A stretch of DNA of 64,000 nt, from IMG/VR virus record IMGVR_UViG_3300018080_000129, positions 39,501-103,500 of that record; one strand, given 5' to 3'. Below, piece after piece: positions 18,268 to 28,856 of this stretch. The notes under the pieces were generated by a model, which made no database searches, was not told the origin of the DNA, and was given only the letters and a program-made list of their open reading frames with translations. The first letter of the stretch is position 1. Each line of letters begins with the position of its first letter. Source of the stretch: a virus. A program made the position numbers and the translations under genes.

Positions 18268-18879
18268 TCATGTCACTGCCGCACAGCAAATGATGTAGTT
18301 TCCTTCGTCATCCGAGGAATATCGAGCGACAACGTAATTTGTCCATGTATGGCTCACGGTTTCCTTTTCTGAAGTCAAAAGACCATTCTCGCTTACGTAG
18401 AGTTTATCTCCCGGATTATAGACTAATGCGGCTCCAGTCCCAGGATTATGTCTCTCTTGCTTATTATACACTTCAAAGACATAAAACTTGAAAAAACCTG
18501 TAGGAGGCACACACATCGTACAGACGCGACTGCCTATCTTTTGAACAAGACCCTGCTGGTCAAACTCCAAAGACAAGCCCGCGTCCATACCTGTCCAATC
18601 AAAATGAAAATCTCCTCCCGCCCTTTGAAGCTTATCCAACCTCCACATATCGCTCTGAAGTTCTATAGCCTGCTTATGTTGCGGGCCATAAAGCAAGAAA
18701 CCCGCAATCACACCCGTTCCATCGCTTCTTTCGACAGATGCAATGACACCTGTAAAAGTGGGAGCAGTAGAGGAATATTTCACCCATGTTCCTGCAAGCC
18801 ATCCTTGCGCAAAATCGCTTCCGACAGGCTCAACGGGTATATCCTCACCGGACTTGAGAAGATAAACTTGGTCGCCCAT
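18268..18879 (-). CDS. possible second decoration-family protein
   Basis: LVYNPGDKLYVSENGLLTSE resembles LTYAVGEKLYSSAQGFLTNE of 5059..5553. Confidence 0.5.
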   Translation of the reverse strand: MGDQVYLLKSGEDIPVEPVGSDFAQGWLAGTWVKYSSTAPTFTGVIASVERSDGTGVIAGFLLYGPQHKQAIELQSDMWRLDKLQRAGGDFHFDWTGMDAGLSLEFDQQGLVQKIGSRVCTMCVPPTGFFKFYVFEVYNKQERHNPGTGAALVYNPGDKLYVSENGLLTSEKETVSHTWTNYVVARYSSDDEGNYIICCAAVT

Positions 18880-21800
18880 TTATCTGCTAATCCTAACTCT
18901 GCTTCTTGCCAAATGTTTGATTTTATCGGGAATCTTTCTCTTCTCGATTTCTCCATGTTTTCTCATCCTGTCCATTCGGAAAGTGCTCATGGTCGCGTTT
19001 TTAGCCGTCGCACCCATGCCACCATACGTCGAGCCATCCCTGCTGATTCCCAAGCTGACGTACTCAGGCCTTTCTCTTGTGGTGTTGTAGACTTCATAGA
19101 CGGCTCTGACAAAAGCATCCGATATATCGTCATGTGCTCCCCGCTTGTTGGGAGCGCGAACGAGAATTTTGTTTCGACTTTTTTTCTCTGCTTCCAGAGA
19201 GAGCAATTCTGGAACCAGAACAGGATGGTCAAATAGTTCAACCAGACCATCCATGTAAAGCATTTTGACAATCTGGTACATGTCATTGTTCAGCTTGTCC
19301 GTCACGCTCTCCATGCGGAATTGCTTCAAATTCATATTGTGAAGAATCTCAAGCAAACTGTAGCCGTTCCACTGGTCGAACCAACCGCTCTTGCAGGGCC
19401 ACCATTTGCAAAGCTCTTGAATCTCTTTGGCAACTTCCTCGACGCTCAGAATGTCCCTGTTGGACATCCTGCCACAATCTTTGTAGAGAGTTCTTTCGCT
19501 GTCCCAAACATCCGAAGAGGCCGAGTAAAAAACCTCCGCATAGTCTAAAATGACTTTCTTGCTTTTCCTGTCTCGATGAACGATGGTGATTGCCGTGCCG
19601 TCATTCTTCAATCCCATGTCAATGCCCATGAAATATTCTGTACCCGGCACTCCTCTGGTGGGAGGGTTCTTGATAGTGATGCACTTCCTGAAAGCATCCT
19701 CGTCCTCAATCCAAGCAACAATGTTATCGCTGAATTCGCCGCCATACTCGCACATGAACTGATGATTATTTCGCCTTCTCTCGGTCTTCAACAATACGGA
19801 ATCGACCTCTGGATTCATCAGAGCCGAGTAAAATTTCATCATCAGTGTGACATCTGTCTCTTCATAGCTTTGAACGTATCTATCCCAAAACGCGCCATAT
19901 TTCGCGTAAGGAGAAGAAATGCAGATAACCTTGCCGTCCTGCCTGAAAGTAGCCGTAGAAGGCGTCAAAGCCTTGTAAATCTCCTGCCCCGAAAACCGCC
20001 CCGCGTTGCTAATGAAGAACGCCATCTCGTCCATGATAACACAAATGGCGTTATGACCACGTAAACCATTGGAAGCGCAGCCTCCAGCAATGGCAACAAG
20101 GCTGGCTGGCTTCTTAGCTTTAGTTGATTTCAGGTCGGCATCTGTTTGCAGATTGAAATACTGCTGCGTAGCGTTTTTGATACGCCCTCTAAAAAAGCTG
20201 CAAGATGTAGCTGCATTTTGAGCCATACCAAAAAGAATCTGCGCCTGCTCATCCGTAGGAGCGACATTCATCACGGCAATTTTGCTTTCAGGCTGGAAAC
20301 CATAGTATTTTGAAGGGTCTCCACGCTTGAGCAGCTTATAAAGCTCATAATCACTAATCCATGAGCAAAGCGAACTATTATGAGACAACAAATCTCCACC
20401 AATAATATGCGTTCCTTTCACGTTCAAATCAATAGTTGGCAGTTCACCCACGTCTTCTATCTTTTTAACCTTGTCCCAATATACATCGGAAGTTCCAAAT
20501 GAGTAAACAAACTTGTCTCCTAAATTCTGTCCGTACATCGCCACTTTTCTTCTACTCGGTGAATATCCAAGTCTCAACTTTTCCTGCTGATAATGTCCAT
20601 GAAAACCATGCACATCGGCATTCGTTAAGCCTTTTCTTTTTTGAACTTTCTTGATATATTTCCATATTCCTCTTGGCACTGAAAAAAACTCATTCTTAGA
20701 TAACACACGCTTGGAAACAACAGAAAGAACCTTCTGCAAAGCCTTCTCTTTCGTGTAAATACCAATCTCTCGCGCAAAGGTGATTATTGAATCAGAAGAT
20801 TGAATCTCCAAAAAATAACTGTCGAAACTCTTACCATTGCACTTGGTCTTTTTCGGTCTGAGTATAGAATGAATTCCAAATTTCAAAAGCAAATGCCTGA
20901 CATCATCTATGAGCCGGTATGAAGATGAACAATAACCTACACTGACTTTTGAAAGAGAATGACTCTTCCGAGCAACTTTTTCCACGGTAGCCCATCCATC
21001 ACAAGCAAATAAACGCGAAAGAAATGCAGAAATCTCTCCACGACTACCTCTCAAAATACATTTAGGAACTCTTTTCTCCACAGCTTTATGACCATGACAA
21101 TCATGCCTTTTAAGCCATTTTACAAAAAGGTTATCTCTGCTGCCGTCCTGAGCTTTCTTACCTGAATCTTTCACTACCTGATAATGATTGCAGTAGTTTT
21201 TTCTATTGTAAATCTTCAGATGATATTTCGGGAAATTAACAGTAATGAGCTTACCAAATTCCGCAGCCTGTCTCTTACTCGCGCTAACAAATGTTGCCGA
21301 TTCAGTAGTAGCTCCATCTCCCTGTAAATATCCAAGTAATTTTGCTTTGTCGATACCAACATTGCCTTCTCCGAACAAGGAGTTTTCCTTTGCAACCGCT
21401 ATTTTATCGCCAATTTTGACATCAGACAGCTTAACAAATTGAGGTTCTTCCCAATCATCACGCCAAACAAGATAAGGATGATTCAGAGAAGATATTTCCG
21501 CAATGCCTCTCTTTGTTTGAATGCGTCGGCAGGCTCTAATTCCATTGTGCCATATTGAGAAGTCATAGGTAATATTTCGTTTCAGATAACGAGGGTCATA
21601 GGTAATTATTCCAACTCTCTCATTCTTTTGTTTCCTACACAGAAGTTCTCCAAACTCCATAGAACCTTTAGTTGTGGCAACAATATCTTTCTCGTATCGG
21701 CACTTCCCACCGCGCCTGCCCGCTACGAGAATAAGCTGTCTGAAGTTCTTTCCCGACAATTCCGTTGTATTGATTCTGCCTTCATTCCAAAGCCAGTCCA

Positions 21801-22053
21801 AAAACTCGGTTTCAGTGAAACGATAGAGAACCTTGTCATTGACAACATTGGGTACGACAATCGTTTTGTTTTTGTCATCTAACTCCAGACCATAGAATGC
21901 CTTCACAACGAATCCCTGGACTGGACGAGGAGTGACATTCAACCCCCAAGGAGAAGTAATAAAAGTCATCGCATCGACAACATCTTCCGTATTGCCGGAG
22001 AGAAACGACTCGGCAAGCTGTTTCAAGGAATCGTCTTTTTTGGCCGTTACCAT
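18880..22053 (-). CDS. terL: terminase large subunit containing an intein
   Basis: Walker A AGRRGGK|S split by the intein, Walker B VIMDEMA, CISSP motif, nuclease YFMGIDMG...HDDISDA. Confidence 0.92.
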   Translation of the reverse strand: MVTAKKDDSLKQLAESFLSGNTEDVVDAMTFITSPWGLNVTPRPVQGFVVKAFYGLELDDKNKTIVVPNVVNDKVLYRFTETEFLDWLWNEGRINTTELSGKNFRQLILVAGRRGGKCRYEKDIVATTKGSMEFGELLCRKQKNERVGIITYDPRYLKRNITYDFSIWHNGIRACRRIQTKRGIAEISSLNHPYLVWRDDWEEPQFVKLSDVKIGDKIAVAKENSLFGEGNVGIDKAKLLGYLQGDGATTESATFVSASKRQAAEFGKLITVNFPKYHLKIYNRKNYCNHYQVVKDSGKKAQDGSRDNLFVKWLKRHDCHGHKAVEKRVPKCILRGSRGEISAFLSRLFACDGWATVEKVARKSHSLSKVSVGYCSSSYRLIDDVRHLLLKFGIHSILRPKKTKCNGKSFDSYFLEIQSSDSIITFAREIGIYTKEKALQKVLSVVSKRVLSKNEFFSVPRGIWKYIKKVQKRKGLTNADVHGFHGHYQQEKLRLGYSPSRRKVAMYGQNLGDKFVYSFGTSDVYWDKVKKIEDVGELPTIDLNVKGTHIIGGDLLSHNSSLCSWISDYELYKLLKRGDPSKYYGFQPESKIAVMNVAPTDEQAQILFGMAQNAATSCSFFRGRIKNATQQYFNLQTDADLKSTKAKKPASLVAIAGGCASNGLRGHNAICVIMDEMAFFISNAGRFSGQEIYKALTPSTATFRQDGKVICISSPYAKYGAFWDRYVQSYEETDVTLMMKFYSALMNPEVDSVLLKTERRRNNHQFMCEYGGEFSDNIVAWIEDEDAFRKCITIKNPPTRGVPGTEYFMGIDMGLKNDGTAITIVHRDRKSKKVILDYAEVFYSASSDVWDSERTLYKDCGRMSNRDILSVEEVAKEIQELCKWWPCKSGWFDQWNGYSLLEILHNMNLKQFRMESVTDKLNNDMYQIVKMLYMDGLVELFDHPVLVPELLSLEAEKKSRNKILVRAPNKRGAHDDISDAFVRAVYEVYNTTRERPEYVSLGISRDGSTYGGMGATAKNATMSTFRMDRMRKHGEIEKRKIPDKIKHLARSRVRISR
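20377..21702 (-). mobile_element. intein with LAGLIDADG homing endonuclease (442 aa)
   Basis: Starts CRYEKD, block B SLNHPY, LGYLQGDG and LFACDG motifs, ends DLNVKGTHIIGGDLLSHN followed by Ser+1. Confidence 0.9.
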
Positions 22054-22658
22054 TAGCTGCCTACTTTCAAGGCATGTTCAATTTCTTCCTTGACCTCGCG
22101 CTTCCAATCAATCAGTTCATCCCCAAGCATTCGAAAAAACACATCACGCTGCTCGTCTGAATACTTCAAGTGAAAAAGAACTTTTTGCGCTTTTTCCATG
22201 AAGTATTTGAAAATGACAAGCATCGAAGGAGACTCAACATTGACACCGCTCTGGTGCTCTTCCGTTTGTTTCGATTGAACGGTCTTGAAGACCCTCTCAA
22301 GAACCTCGGCTCTTTTGGACGAGATGATAGTCGCATCCCTGAGTGCGCCATTTCTCGTGGCAATAAGCTCATTGCCAAGAAGATTATCTGTCTCCTTAAT
22401 AACCTCTTCGATAATTACTCGGAGGAGACTATTATAATCCTCTTTTCCCTGTTTGTGGAGCCGCTCGATGAGACCTTCGGCTCCCTCATGGTAGTCTCTG
22501 ATGAGCTTTCTTCGATGCTCCAGCATGTTTTCAACAGGGGCGGGCACATTATTGCTCGGCCCTTCTGCCGTAGCGTCCACCTTGACCACATCGAACGTCT
22601 CGTCTGCGTCTACAAATTCATCTTCTTCGGGCATGGGAGATTCCTCATTCAAAATCAA
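22053..22658 (-). CDS. helical protein, candidate terminase small subunit
   Basis: Position (coupled to terL) and size only. Confidence 0.35.
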   Translation of the reverse strand: MILNEESPMPEEDEFVDADETFDVVKVDATAEGPSNNVPAPVENMLEHRRKLIRDYHEGAEGLIERLHKQGKEDYNSLLRVIIEEVIKETDNLLGNELIATRNGALRDATIISSKRAEVLERVFKTVQSKQTEEHQSGVNVESPSMLVIFKYFMEKAQKVLFHLKYSDEQRDVFFRMLGDELIDWKREVKEEIEHALKVGS

Positions 22659-23865
22659 AGCTTGAGGTTATATCCACGTCAACCTCTTTCTGCTTCGCTT
22701 TTTTCTCTTCAAGCCTGAGTTGGTCACTGCCTTCGAATTCTTTTTCCACGAAGACATGAGGTTCAATATCCAAATATTTGCTCGTTTTGGCTGTTTCGTT
22801 CATCTCCTCGTTCGGAATAGTACCAGGCTCGAAGTCCTCGAAATCAAGGTCTTCTTGCGAACCAAAAGTAATGTTTTCATCAGCTACTTGTGGAGCACCC
22901 TCAAACGAATCGAAACCAGATTCTTGCTTGGCTGGAAGCTTGTCCACGTCTTTCAACTGCGATTCCATATCAGCATCCGAAAGCGCAACTTTCACTTCCT
23001 CTTTCTTCTTCCTTGGTGCGTCCAAATCGACACTCATCTCGGACTTGATATGGAATTTCGACGAATCCACCTGTTGCACAACAGGCTTCACTTCAAACTG
23101 TTTCTTATGTATCAACCGAAAAGCTTGGCGCACTTTTTCATAAGCATTCTTGTTTCGTAGAGAACGAACCACCTTCGCTTCTTCTTCCGTAAGCTTGCCG
23201 GTTGTCACCAAGTCCACAAGCGTCTCGTCCATTTCATCATCATGCAAATCTTGCTGGCCGGAAAGCAAGGGTCTTCCAAGCCGGACACAGAACGGACGAA
23301 ACTCTTTCTTCGGGCCTTCATCTGCGAAGAACCCATCAATAGAGGCCGTTTTCATCTCGGACTCGGTATTGATAGCCGTTTTCCCAAGAAAGCTGCAATC
23401 CGCACATCGAGTGTGCATCAGAACAAACTTCAGAAAACGCTTATTCTCCGAAGAAGCGACAACCTTTTTAACCTCACGGCAATCCTTCAAATCGCGACAA
23501 TCCAACGCAACGCAGCCCGTAATGCCTTCCTCGTCAAGCAAGGGCTTCAGTTTGGAAACGGCAGCCTTAATGCTTTGCCTGTCAAATTGTTGAAAGAGCC
23601 GTTTGACAAGTTGCCTCCCCATGTGTCCTTGATTCATCAAGAAACGCGCTGCGACAACAATCGCTGTCGAGGGGTCTTCCTTGGCTTCTTTGAGTATTTC
23701 CTCGTTGTATTTTGGCTCGATGTCTCCATAGCCAAATTCCAATTCGAGGTCATCCTTCTTGTTCCAGTCCTTGCCTGTTGGCTCAAACGTTTCTATGTCA
23801 TCCAGCCAAGTATGGTTGGACACAGAGCCATCTCTCAGCATATCCGTGAGGTTCATGCCGTCCAT
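22645..23865 (-). CDS. hypothetical protein (Cys motifs, acidic C-terminus)
   Basis: 406-aa ORF with AGGAG RBS. Confidence 0.7.
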   Translation of the reverse strand: MDGMNLTDMLRDGSVSNHTWLDDIETFEPTGKDWNKKDDLELEFGYGDIEPKYNEEILKEAKEDPSTAIVVAARFLMNQGHMGRQLVKRLFQQFDRQSIKAAVSKLKPLLDEEGITGCVALDCRDLKDCREVKKVVASSENKRFLKFVLMHTRCADCSFLGKTAINTESEMKTASIDGFFADEGPKKEFRPFCVRLGRPLLSGQQDLHDDEMDETLVDLVTTGKLTEEEAKVVRSLRNKNAYEKVRQAFRLIHKKQFEVKPVVQQVDSSKFHIKSEMSVDLDAPRKKKEEVKVALSDADMESQLKDVDKLPAKQESGFDSFEGAPQVADENITFGSQEDLDFEDFEPGTIPNEEMNETAKTSKYLDIEPHVFVEKEFEGSDQLRLEEKKAKQKEVDVDITSSFDFE

Positions 23866-23874
23866 TTTACTCTC

Positions 23875-24129
23875 CTATTCTTCCAAGTCTTCCTCGGTCA
23901 AAATGTCGCTTCCAAACACCGGCTCGATGGATTTTTCATCCTCCGATATTTTCCAGAGAGCTTGAGTCGCTTTATGAACAAGAAGGTTCTCGCCTGCGGT
24001 AATGAACATGGTTCTGGCCTTCTTGTTATTTGGAAGGCGAGTGACGAATCGTTTGTGATGCTTAATCGTCTCGTCAATTCCAATAGAGCTATGCCACTGA
24101 ATATCATTGAGATTGAAGCCATCAGCCAT
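23875..24129 (-). CDS. hypothetical protein
   Basis: First gene after a late-promoter-like motif. Confidence 0.7.
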   Translation of the reverse strand: MADGFNLNDIQWHSSIGIDETIKHHKRFVTRLPNNKKARTMFITAGENLLVHKATQALWKISEDEKSIEPVFGSDILTEEDLEE

Positions 24130-24180
24130 GAGTATTCTCCCTGTTTCTATGTTCTCGATATAGTATCTATGCTTCTACAT

Positions 24181-24205
24181 AATAATGGCAAATATAAAAG
24201 AATTG
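24181..24205 (-). promoter_or_regulatory. putative phage late promoter (motif copy)
   Basis: CAATTCTTTTATATTTGCCATTATT upstream of the terminase/portal block. Confidence 0.65.
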
Positions 24206-24225
24206 TTGAAAAAGAAGAGGGAGGC

Positions 24226-24804
24226 TCAGGCCTCATAGATGCGCCTGACAATATTGAGATTTTTTCGAATCGCTCTGAATATTTCATAGACATCCCAATG
24301 CCCCAAGGTTTCCATGCGCTTCAAAATCTTCTCAAACCTATATCTGACACGGAGTTGTGGACATTTCAACACGATGGCAGTTTGCGTAAGCGACGTTGTG
24401 TAGAACATGGCCGTCATAATCTCAAGACTATGGGCGTCGTAGTGCTCCGATTTCGTAAGAAGAAAATCCAAGAAAATGTCCGAGACGGAGTGCAGGTAAT
24501 AGATGAATTCCAGCCTGCGCCGAATGCGTTTGATGTCATAACACAGCGATGGCTGGCTGCGCTGGAGAATCTGCTGAACCGCTCGTTGCTTTTTCTTGGC
24601 AACGAATATCAGGTAAAGGATGTCCCTGTCTTTGTCATTCAAGAAACGAAAAATACTGTCGAAATCACTTAACTCATCGGGTTCGAAGACGGGAATGCTT
24701 ACCTTTTCTCGTAACGGTTCTTCTTTTCCAGCGTTTAGCGTCTCTATGTTTTGACCGATGTACTTTATCTTCAGCTTCACGTTCAAGCATCCTGATATAA
24801 GCAT
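24226..24804 (-). CDS. sigma-70 region-4-like tandem HTH regulator (start uncertain)
   Basis: LNDKDRDILYLIF...KQRAVQQILQRSQPSLCYDIKRIRRRL, then a second HTH SLTQTAIVLKCPQLRVRYRF. Confidence 0.5.
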   Translation of the reverse strand: MLISGCLNVKLKIKYIGQNIETLNAGKEEPLREKVSIPVFEPDELSDFDSIFRFLNDKDRDILYLIFVAKKKQRAVQQILQRSQPSLCYDIKRIRRRLEFIYYLHSVSDIFLDFLLTKSEHYDAHSLEIMTAMFYTTSLTQTAIVLKCPQLRVRYRFEKILKRMETLGHWDVYEIFRAIRKNLNIVRRIYEA

Positions 24805-25396
24805 GAACCGCCACCATTGAGAGTGTATCTACCATCACAGGTGTGCGGCCTGTCTTACCCGGCTTTTGAAACTCCAAAACTACAGGCACCCTCAAGTCGG
24901 CGAACAAGCTCTTCTCGAAAACCAAATCATTGCGATGAATAATCTCGGTGAAACATCTGGTATAGAAGCGAAAAAAAACCTTGTATTTGTCATGCTGACG
25001 TTCGCTAACGACAATCCCCCTTAAGCCTTGCAAATAGCCCGACCGGACAATCACAATGTCACAGAAGTGAAGCCTCTGAAAGAATGAACCATCCACAGAA
25101 ACCTGAAATCGCTTGATTTCCTGAGATGGAACAAAATGAGGCTTATCGAAGGATTGAACGACGTTGGCTATGATAGGACTTTGCTTGAGGTCTCTGACAT
25201 GAGAAAAATAGTTCTGGCACTTCAGAAAAACACACAAGGTATGCGAGAATTCTTCTCCCGTATCCTCACCGACAACAATGAGGTCAAGGAAGTCGGAGCC
25301 GAAAATCCTTTCAGCTTCTTTTCCTATCTTCTCTTGAAGACCTGTATATTTCGTTTGCTGTAGATTGACATCTACGCAAATCCACTGTGCTGTCAT
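24674..25396 (-). CDS. NusG-like (NGN + KOW) transcription factor
   Basis: N-terminal W motif, VFL...V...I NGN-like segment, KOW-like DIVIVRSGYLQGLRGIV. Confidence 0.55.
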   Translation of the reverse strand: MTAQWICVDVNLQQTKYTGLQEKIGKEAERIFGSDFLDLIVVGEDTGEEFSHTLCVFLKCQNYFSHVRDLKQSPIIANVVQSFDKPHFVPSQEIKRFQVSVDGSFFQRLHFCDIVIVRSGYLQGLRGIVVSERQHDKYKVFFRFYTRCFTEIIHRNDLVFEKSLFADLRVPVVLEFQKPGKTGRTPVMVDTLSMVAVHAYIRMLEREAEDKVHRSKHRDAKRWKRRTVTRKGKHSRLRTR

Positions 25397-25402
25397 TCGG
25401 TT

Positions 25403-25864
25403 TTACCACCATCCGAAAGCGATAAGGCTTCTGAGACTTCTCAAGCAATTTTGACAGGCTTCCTTTAATCTTTTCAGGCGTTTCTTTTTCTCTGACAATT
25501 GCTTGCCGTCTGCCTGTAGTACCCAAAGCAATACTGCCAGCTTCGGATATTCACTTCCACAGCGGGATGGTTCCCGAATCACTTGCTCAAACTCTCTCCG
25601 AACGGACTCCTCCGTGTTTGCACACTGAAAATGAACGCAATTCTTTGCTGCCTTCTCGTCATTGCAGACGAATACAAACTGCCTGCTTTGTTTTCTGACC
25701 TCTTCATTGTGGCAAAAACCAATATTGCCGCTGCCCTTTACTCGATGCCTTTTGTTATGAATGCAATTCAGATAATTTTTACAGAGATACTTCGCCCTTC
25801 GCTCCCGAAGCCTTCGCTGACACAATTCTTTGAATCGCTCCAGAATTTCCTGATTATTTCGCAT
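25403..25864 (-). CDS. hypothetical Cys-rich protein
   Basis: ORF coupled to its neighbours. Confidence 0.6.
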   Translation of the reverse strand: MRNNQEILERFKELCQRRLRERRAKYLCKNYLNCIHNKRHRVKGSGNIGFCHNEEVRKQSRQFVFVCNDEKAAKNCVHFQCANTEESVRREFEQVIREPSRCGSEYPKLAVLLWVLQADGKQLSEKKKRLKRLKEACQNCLRSLRSLIAFGWW

Positions 25865-26516
25865 CTTGTTCCAACTTCTCTATCATCTCCTCAACGTGCC
25901 GGTTGAGGTATCGCTTTCCTCCGAGCCAGTACACAGCGACATCAATGTGAATGCCACGTTTTTTGCATTGCCCGACAGTCAAATGCCTGCCTTCTTTCAG
26001 TACGGCCTCAATATAGTCTTCAAGCTGCCTTCTGATGTAGAACCTTTTGATAAACTGTCTGATAGGTTTCCAACCGCCAAAATGCTTATGGATTTGCCAA
26101 AAAGATGGGAAAATGTCAGGTCTTTCCTTGTAATGCCTTATGTATTCCTTCTTGCTCTTGATACGCGCTTCGATACACAACCTCGCCAGATATTCCGGCG
26201 TAATACTGCGCATCCTCTTCATAACTTCGTCTGCTGGATTGCCTTCACAAAATGCTATAGCGGTAGCCCTGCCCCACGAACCAAAATGCTTTTGATAGTC
26301 ATAGACTTTTGGTTCTGTGTACTTTGCCCTAAGAACCTTGGAACTCCTGACATTGTTCTCACGAAGAAATTCAATTAGTTCCGCTTTCGTCCATGTCCTT
26401 TCGCGTTGTCGGGAGTGCTTCTTCTTGTTTTTCTTTTGTTTCCTCTTAAGGTACTCCCGTCGCTGCTCAGGAATCATGCCGAGAAGCTTCTCATAATTGA
26501 ACTTAGGCCTCGACAA
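25854..26516 (-). CDS. basic protein with HFG(S/G)W repeats (homing-endonuclease-associated repeat-like)
   Basis: YQKHFGSWGRA and IHKHFGGWKP. Confidence 0.5.
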   Translation of the reverse strand: MSRPKFNYEKLLGMIPEQRREYLKRKQKKNKKKHSRQRERTWTKAELIEFLRENNVRSSKVLRAKYTEPKVYDYQKHFGSWGRATAIAFCEGNPADEVMKRMRSITPEYLARLCIEARIKSKKEYIRHYKERPDIFPSFWQIHKHFGGWKPIRQFIKRFYIRRQLEDYIEAVLKEGRHLTVGQCKKRGIHIDVAVYWLGGKRYLNRHVEEMIEKLEQDAK

Positions 26517-27042
26517 GCTCCTTCTCCTTCACTTCGACATTCTCAATGGACTCCTTTGTTACTGCGCTCCGAGGATGATTCTTTTCACTTTGTTTCTTAG
26601 CCTTCTTTTTCTTGCCCTCAAAAACGTCCTTGGCATCGTCGTTCTCCATCCAATTGGGAACACCCCCCGTGATGGCGAACTCCTCTGCAAAGAGTTCATA
26701 ATCAGGCTTGCGCTTCTTGCCGTATTGCTTCGAGCCTTCGTCAAAACCGCCTTCAGGAATAGAGCACATGACGTGAAAAACAGCCAAGTTTTTCTTCTTC
26801 TGAGAGAGAGCACCCCAAAGCTTCTCAAAAACTTCCACGACATACGTCTTGTCACAGTAAACATCCCTTGGATAGCCCACGGGCACCAGCCGAATTGGTT
26901 TCTTGCTTTTCTTTTTCTTGGTAACGACACAGCCCAATCGGTTCAAATCAAAGCCTGGGAAAATATTCGGGTAAGCCTCAAGAATAGCCTCCATAATGTC
27001 CACAATCTCTGGAGAAACGGTGTAATCCACAAACCTTGCCAT
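26503..27042 (-). CDS. putative phage metallopeptidase-like protein (degenerate motif)
   Basis: W..LS...K.LAVFHVMCSI...PD.E.F.E pattern, with HELxH degenerated. Confidence 0.45.
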   Translation of the reverse strand: MARFVDYTVSPEIVDIMEAILEAYPNIFPGFDLNRLGCVVTKKKKSKKPIRLVPVGYPRDVYCDKTYVVEVFEKLWGALSQKKKNLAVFHVMCSIPEGGFDEGSKQYGKKRKPDYELFAEEFAITGGVPNWMENDDAKDVFEGKKKKAKKQSEKNHPRSAVTKESIENVEVKEKELVEA

Positions 27043-27044
27043 TG

Positions 27045-27413
27045 CTATCTCCTTTTCAATTCGCTCCTTCTCTGAGCTTCCTTGACCATCCCGTCAAAAT
27101 CTTCTTCCTTCCTATTATCCTTGAGCTTCTCCGCATAGGGAAGCTCAACAGTTATCCCCTCTTCAGGCAACATTCTGATTTGGAAGTTTGCCAGCATGGT
27201 ATGGAAAGCAATAGCTGCATCAAGCCACACTTTCACAAGCTTGTTTTCGCCACTGTCCTGATTCCAGAGCCGCCGTATCGCATCCTTGATTCGAACGCTC
27301 CACTCGCCTATGTTCTCCGTCGTGACTTCGACTGGCACTTCCAGTATCTCGTCATACTCCTCGCCCACGTGCTTGTCTCTTGTCATGTCGTTCATAATGA
27401 GAAGCGATTTCAT
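27045..27413 (-). CDS. hypothetical protein
   Basis: AAGGAGG RBS. Confidence 0.7.
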   Translation of the reverse strand: MKSLLIMNDMTRDKHVGEEYDEILEVPVEVTTENIGEWSVRIKDAIRRLWNQDSGENKLVKVWLDAAIAFHTMLANFQIRMLPEEGITVELPYAEKLKDNRKEEDFDGMVKEAQRRSELKRR

Positions 27414-27638
27414 AGTACCCTCCTTGTAGGTATATGCTTTTCAACCTATTATATCACGCAGACAAGCTTTTTTCAAGCTTTTTTGGATTTTTTTGAGGAG
27501 TGTTCTTTTCGCCACCGCTTCAGGAGCCGAGGCTTATAGGCTCCAGCAGCAATGACATCCTGCGGCCTGAAAACGGCATGACATCGAACACAACGCCACA
27601 AACCATGAAACAAAGGCACAGCGAAATGATTGCATTTC

Positions 27639-28856
27639 TTAGGCTGGAACTGCGGTATTGTCTTCAATTTTGATATGTCTCCCCCAGGGATACGGAAATT
27701 CGTGACGACTCAATTCAGTCGTCAAAACCCACAGGATAGGAATACGATACTTTGTCTCGATTTTCGGCGCATAGAAGTCCGTGAAGTAAATCAGGGCATC
27801 ATAGTGGCCCTCTACTTCTTTCAGGACAGGCTCCAAATCGGTGCCGCCACGCCCTGTCACTTCACCCGTAAACTTGCCCTTGAACTTGTAGACCTTGTGA
27901 ATGGCACAATCGCACTCGTAAATCGTTACAAATGCGCCGTTCTTGTGAATCCAACGAATCTCATTGAAGAAAAGAACAAGCTGAGAATCGCTGATGCTGC
28001 CAGAAGTATCCACCCCAACCGCCAGATTCAGAACATCCTCCTTTCGAGTACCCGGTCTCGTCCCGAACCGCTTGCTCTGCCGCTTCATAGTGTAATCCAG
28101 ATTGCTTTCCGTGGCCGTGGCACAGAACATCCGAAGCACCTTCTGCCACGGAACAATTTGTTTGCGCCTCCTGAGAATGTCGTCAATCTGTTCGATGACT
28201 TCTGCGGGAATGTTGCCATATTCCTTGTTGCAAAGCTCCTTGGCCTGCCTCACAATATCCTTCACGAGTTCCTTCAGAATCGGGTCTTTCGCGGCCTCTT
28301 CCCAAATACTGTGCGACTTCATGGCGTCAGAGAACAAACCGCCCAAACCAAAAGCACCCTTGCTGCAATCGTCCTGAAACTGTTTGTTGTCTCTCAAATG
28401 AGAGTAATACCAGTACGCGGATTCGTGCTTCGGAAAGCCATAACGCTGCGGTAGACACGGGCCAGAGTCTTTCATTGACGGCAGATTTTCCTCGCGAATG
28501 CAGGAATTGACCACCAAATCGACCGCAACCGAACCACGAAGATGGTCACTGAAATGTAAGGCCAGATGGTCAAACACGAGATGCAAGACTTCATGCTCCA
28601 ATAGGCCCAAGCTCCAATTCCAAGCCTGCTCCTTGCTGTTGGCTTCCTTGAACATCTTCTGGACATAATCCTCATTCACGAAAAGCTTGACCAGAAGCTC
28701 ATCCCGATTCTTACCTACAGCCATTGTCGGAATCTTCGGGTTCTCGCCTTTGATATAGACCTTGCTAAGTTGCGAGAGAATATGGCCGTAGAAAATCTTG
28801 TGCCGAATCAAATCGACAATGGCATTGACAATAACTTTCTTCACTTCGATTGACAT
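27639..28856 (-). CDS. metallopeptidase + VWA-like protein (DUF2201 family)
   Basis: LEHEVLH, AVDLVVN, DTSGSI MIDAS, GRGGTDL.PV, IYFTD. Confidence 0.85.
   Translation of the reverse strand: MSIEVKKVIVNAIVDLIRHKIFYGHILSQLSKVYIKGENPKIPTMAVGKNRDELLVKLFVNEDYVQKMFKEANSKEQAWNWSLGLLEHEVLHLVFDHLALHFSDHLRGSVAVDLVVNSCIREENLPSMKDSGPCLPQRYGFPKHESAYWYYSHLRDNKQFQDDCSKGAFGLGGLFSDAMKSHSIWEEAAKDPILKELVKDIVRQAKELCNKEYGNIPAEVIEQIDDILRRRKQIVPWQKVLRMFCATATESNLDYTMKRQSKRFGTRPGTRKEDVLNLAVGVDTSGSISDSQLVLFFNEIRWIHKNGAFVTIYECDCAIHKVYKFKGKFTGEVTGRGGTDLEPVLKEVEGHYDALIYFTDFYAPKIETKYRIPILWVLTTELSRHEFPYPWGRHIKIEDNTAVPA

Noticed and set aside
23242-24672. 476-aa plus-strand ORF
   Set aside because: Overlaps three coherent minus-strand genes and has no recognisable motifs.
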